Source of the DNA: an uncultured bacterium
Lineage (GTDB): Bacteria > Zixibacteria > MSB-5A5 > UBA10806
Length of the DNA: 64,000 bases
Direction: 5' to 3'
Assembly: GCA_965541585.1 (NCBI GenBank)
Contig: CBEUCH010000014.1
Location: forward strand, 22,391-86,390
Under the pieces are notes generated by a model. It did not search any database. It saw only the letters and a list, made by a program, of their open reading frames with translations, and was not told the DNA's origin. The first letter of the stretch is position 1, and each line of letters starts with the position of its first letter. The position numbers were made by a program, and so were the translations under genes. Of this stretch, positions 60,829 through 64,000 are shown in pieces.

Positions 60829-61827
60829 ATGAATAGTCATTTGGAGCTAATACCTTATGAGCAACAGTATCTTGAAGAGACACTGCGGTTGCTTCGAGAC
60901 TCGGATCCGGATCATCCCGAGCTCGGGAACCAGGAGCATTTTGAATGGCAGATATGCGAAAAATTCCTTACCTTGCTTCAAGGCAAAGTCGTTGGATATA
61001 TGGCTCGGATACCTCAGGTATTCTGGCATAAAGGGGCCGAGATTGAAATTGGATTCGGAGCTGCCCTTATTCTAGATATGTCTAATTTTGCTGTAAAAAC
61101 ATTTGCGGGATCAGCATTACTCAATAGGCTCCTGGCCAATTCGTCCTTGAAATATGCGGCCGTAGGCATTGTACCGGAGATTGAGCAATCCTATACTCGT
61201 AGAGGTTATACTATCGACCGTGATTCGTTGCGAATGTTCGCACGGTTTTTTGCTCCGTCGAATGCTTTGAAATACTTAGGAAAATCTCCTTATCTGGCTT
61301 TGCCTATCAGCGTTCTTAATCGCATACTACCCGGAATCGGAAGGGTAGCGAATGGTAGAATCGAATCTAATAGCCGATTTGATCCTGAATGGGACGACAC
61401 TTGGAGAAGAATTTTATCGGAGCAATACGAATTTTGTGGTGACCGTTCAGCATCGTTCTTAAACTATAAGCTAAGCCAGCCCGGAAAATCATATTTATCT
61501 TATATACATAGGGATCAAAGCGGGGATATTGACGGATATATTGTCTTTAGAGACTCCTTTCATCAATTGAAGAATATTAAGCTTGTGAGAATTTGCGACC
61601 TTGTGGGCACAGAATGCGCAAAGGCTGACCTGCTATTGCAGGCGGTGAAATTCGCCCGGGCGAATGGAGTGGATGGAATCGTCGCGATATCTTCTAGTAT
61701 CGATAGGAAAATATATAGGAGATCTGGCCTGTGGCTCTCTCAGAGATATCCAATCGTGTTGGATCCCGAGATAAAGGCGCGTGCACATATTACTTTTTTC
61801 GATTCGGATCTGGACAATCTATGGTAA
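60829..61827 (+). CDS. GNAT-fold acyltransferase candidate
   Basis: KVVGYM, DRSASFLNYK, IDGYIVF and ICDL segments typical of tandem-GNAT proteins in glycan loci. Confidence 0.55.
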   Translation: MNSHLELIPYEQQYLEETLRLLRDSDPDHPELGNQEHFEWQICEKFLTLLQGKVVGYMARIPQVFWHKGAEIEIGFGAALILDMSNFAVKTFAGSALLNRLLANSSLKYAAVGIVPEIEQSYTRRGYTIDRDSLRMFARFFAPSNALKYLGKSPYLALPISVLNRILPGIGRVANGRIESNSRFDPEWDDTWRRILSEQYEFCGDRSASFLNYKLSQPGKSYLSYIHRDQSGDIDGYIVFRDSFHQLKNIKLVRICDLVGTECAKADLLLQAVKFARANGVDGIVAISSSIDRKIYRRSGLWLSQRYPIVLDPEIKARAHITFFDSDLDNLW

Positions 61828-62015
61828 TTTCCTTTTGATAAGGTATATTTATTGGAAGGTAAAGTTAAGGGTTTGAGCAACTTAGCCGATCTACTGGATG
61901 ATGGGAACTCTTAACATCGAATTAGAATATTATGATATTGAAGAAGGAATAGCAGGGATGCAGACTAGAGCAGGTAAAGGACAACCCGGGGTGGCCTGTG
62001 CCGCGTTCTGTTTAA

Positions 62016-62336
62016 GTGGAGAATCAGATGATTGAAAAAGGGAAGATACTGCAGTCGATTTTCGATGTGGTTGACGATCTGAATATGGAATTGCCTGAAG
62101 AGCAGCTTATGGAGAAATCGGAGGGTTTTGTCCTTTTCGGCCAGTCAAGTAAATTGGATTCTCTCGGCCTGGTGACATTTGTCGTGGCAGTTGAACAAAA
62201 AATCCAGGAGGAACTGGGAGTCACTATCACGTTGGCTGATGAGCGCGCTATGTCTCAGAAGAGAAGCCCTTTTGCCACTATTGGGACCCTTGCCGACTAT
62301 GCATTAAACCTTTTGAAGGAAAATGCAAATGAGTAA
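62016..62336 (+). CDS. Acyl carrier protein
   Basis: Small acidic protein with LDSLGLV phosphopantetheine motif. Confidence 0.85.
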   Translation: MENQMIEKGKILQSIFDVVDDLNMELPEEQLMEKSEGFVLFGQSSKLDSLGLVTFVVAVEQKIQEELGVTITLADERAMSQKRSPFATIGTLADYALNLLKENANE

Positions 62337-63030
62337 TGACCGCATAATGCTCATTACAGGGGCGAGCAGGGGTATCGGCAAATACCTGGTTGAGTATTAT
62401 GTCAGCGGGGGATTCAAGGTTATCGGCTGCAGCCGCAAACCGGTCGATTTTGCATACGATACCTACCTCCATTATTGCCTCGATGTGTCAGACGAGTCGG
62501 CGGTGATAAAGATGTTTGGGGAGATTAAAGAGAAATTCAAACGATTAGACATCTTAATCAATAATGCAGGCATAGCATCGATGAATCATATCTTCCTGAC
62601 GCCTTTAAAGACGGTACGCGATATATACAGCACCAATGTATTTGGCGCATTCCTCTTTTGCCGGGAAGCCGCCAAGCTGATGCAGATCAATCGCTTCGGA
62701 AGAATAGTCAATTTCGCCACGGTGGCCACACCGCTGAAACTGGAAGGCGAGGCGATATATTCTTCATCCAAGGCGGCGGTAGTCAGCCTCACGGAGATCC
62801 TGGCGCGCGAACTCGCTGATTACGGCATAACCATAAACGCCGTAGGCCCAACACCCATTAAAACCGATTTAATTCGCTCTGTCCCCGAGGAAAAACTTGA
62901 GGCGCTGGTAAATCGCCAGGCTATTCGACGCTATGGCGAATTTGAGGACGTCTCTAATGTCATAGATTTCTTCATAAAACCGGAAAGCGAATTCGTGACC
63001 GGACAGGTTATATATTTGGGTGGAATCTGA
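62329..63030 (+). CDS. FabG-like short-chain dehydrogenase/reductase
   Basis: TGASRGIG, NNAG and YSSSK motifs. Confidence 0.9.
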   Translation: MSNDRIMLITGASRGIGKYLVEYYVSGGFKVIGCSRKPVDFAYDTYLHYCLDVSDESAVIKMFGEIKEKFKRLDILINNAGIASMNHIFLTPLKTVRDIYSTNVFGAFLFCREAAKLMQINRFGRIVNFATVATPLKLEGEAIYSSSKAAVVSLTEILARELADYGITINAVGPTPIKTDLIRSVPEEKLEALVNRQAIRRYGEFEDVSNVIDFFIKPESEFVTGQVIYLGGI

Positions 63031-64000
63031 TGTTCATAGATTTTCTCTTGGATGTATTCAAAGAGAATAAATCAAATGATGCGATAGTATGGAGGGATAC
63101 TGCTTATAATTATGAATGGCTTTTAGAGCGCATTCGCTTTTGGGATAACTCTCTGGAATCCGACTATTTCGATGCTGGGAAAGTAATAATATTGGAAGCC
63201 GACTTCTCTCCAAATTCCGTTGCTCTCTTACTTTCACTAATTGAAAAGAGATGTATAATCGTGCCTTTGACCAGCGCCGTAGGAAACAGTAAAACTGAGT
63301 TTGTTAAAATTTCAGAGGGGGAAAGATCTCTTAAAGTAGACGATGGCGATTACGTCGAGATCACCGAGTTATCCAATCAAGCAGACAACGGGATCTATAG
63401 TCTGCTAAGATCATTGGATCATCCCGGTCTTGTTCTTTTTTCCTCGGGCTCAAGTGGCGCGAATAAGGCTGCAGTCCATGATTTTTCAAACCTGTTAGAA
63501 AAGTTTAAAACAAGGCGTCATAATCTTAGGACTCTGACTTTTCTATTATTTGACCATATTGGGGGAATCGATACGTTGTTTTATTCTCTTTCGAATGGTA
63601 GCTGTATTGTAACGGCTGAAGACAGGTCTCCGGATCCTGTCTGCGCCCTAGTTGAGAAACATCAGGTTGAGGTCCTACCAGTATCGCCAACGTTCATAAA
63701 TCTTCTGATACTAAGTGAGGCTTATCTAACGCACGATTTATCCTCTCTAAAGTATGTTACCTATGGGACTGAAGTAATGCCACAGACAACTCTCGCGAAA
63801 TGTGCCGATATAATTCCTCAGGCAATTATCCTTCAGAAATACGGAACGACAGAGATTGGAACGCTCCGCTCAAAATCCAGAAGCTCAAATTCTCTCTGGG
63901 TCAAGATTGGGGGTGAGGGATTTGAAACGCGCGTAGTGGATGGCATTTTACATGTAAAGGCGAGATCCGCGATGCTCGGTTATCTGAATGCCCCCAGTCC
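63030..64000 (+). CDS. AMP-binding (ANL) acyl-CoA/ACP ligase, truncated by window end
   Basis: ATG overlaps the SDR stop (TGATG); manual translation gives FSSGSSGANK, FDHIGG, YGTE, YGTTE and MLGYLN. Not in the ORF track. Confidence 0.9.
   Translation, partial: MFIDFLLDVFKENKSNDAIVWRDTAYNYEWLLERIRFWDNSLESDYFDAGKVIILEADFSPNSVALLLSLIEKRCIIVPLTSAVGNSKTEFVKISEGERSLKVDDGDYVEITELSNQADNGIYSLLRSLDHPGLVLFSSGSSGANKAAVHDFSNLLEKFKTRRHNLRTLTFLLFDHIGGIDTLFYSLSNGSCIVTAEDRSPDPVCALVEKHQVEVLPVSPTFINLLILSEAYLTHDLSSLKYVTYGTEVMPQTTLAKCADIIPQAIILQKYGTTEIGTLRSKSRSSNSLWVKIGGEGFETRVVDGILHVKARSAMLGYLNAPS

Overview
Bacterial chromosomal window from a Gram-negative organism. Dockerin-like proteins, T9SS/FlgD-like C-terminal tails, an IPTL-CTERM protein and hprK beside rpoN suggest an FCB-type lineage such as Zixibacteria (inference only). 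From 1 to 26.7 kb it is mostly envelope and housekeeping: a G8-frameshifted Asp-box/IPTL-CTERM surface protein, a likely ceramide synthesis trio (bCerS-like GNAT, SPT, CerR-like reductase), kdsB-pyrG-kdsA, kdsC-kdsD-lpxL-lptC-lptB, an AT-richer 1265-aa putative defence gene between lptB and rpoN, then rpoN-hpf-hprK-mlaD-GH57. From 26.8 to 37.5 kb is an integration hotspot: two tRNA-Lys genes, tmRNA, and three further copies of the tmRNA 3' end. These copies delimit a small GIY-YIG nuclease, a Hachiman (hamA-hamB) defence system and a lipoprotein/oxidoreductase pair, with no integrase in the window. Two of the copies carry an identical 39-nt double-hairpin insert in the T-arm that also supplies the GIY-YIG stop codon; this is the most unusual structure seen. 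From 37.7 to 59 kb are secreted and proteolytic genes (S74-chaperone fibre, Xaa-Pro, S9, C25, FG-GAP). From 59.4 kb a glycan-modification-type locus begins (flippase-like, GNAT, ACP, SDR, AMP-ligase). All calls come from reading motifs by eye; no searches were run.
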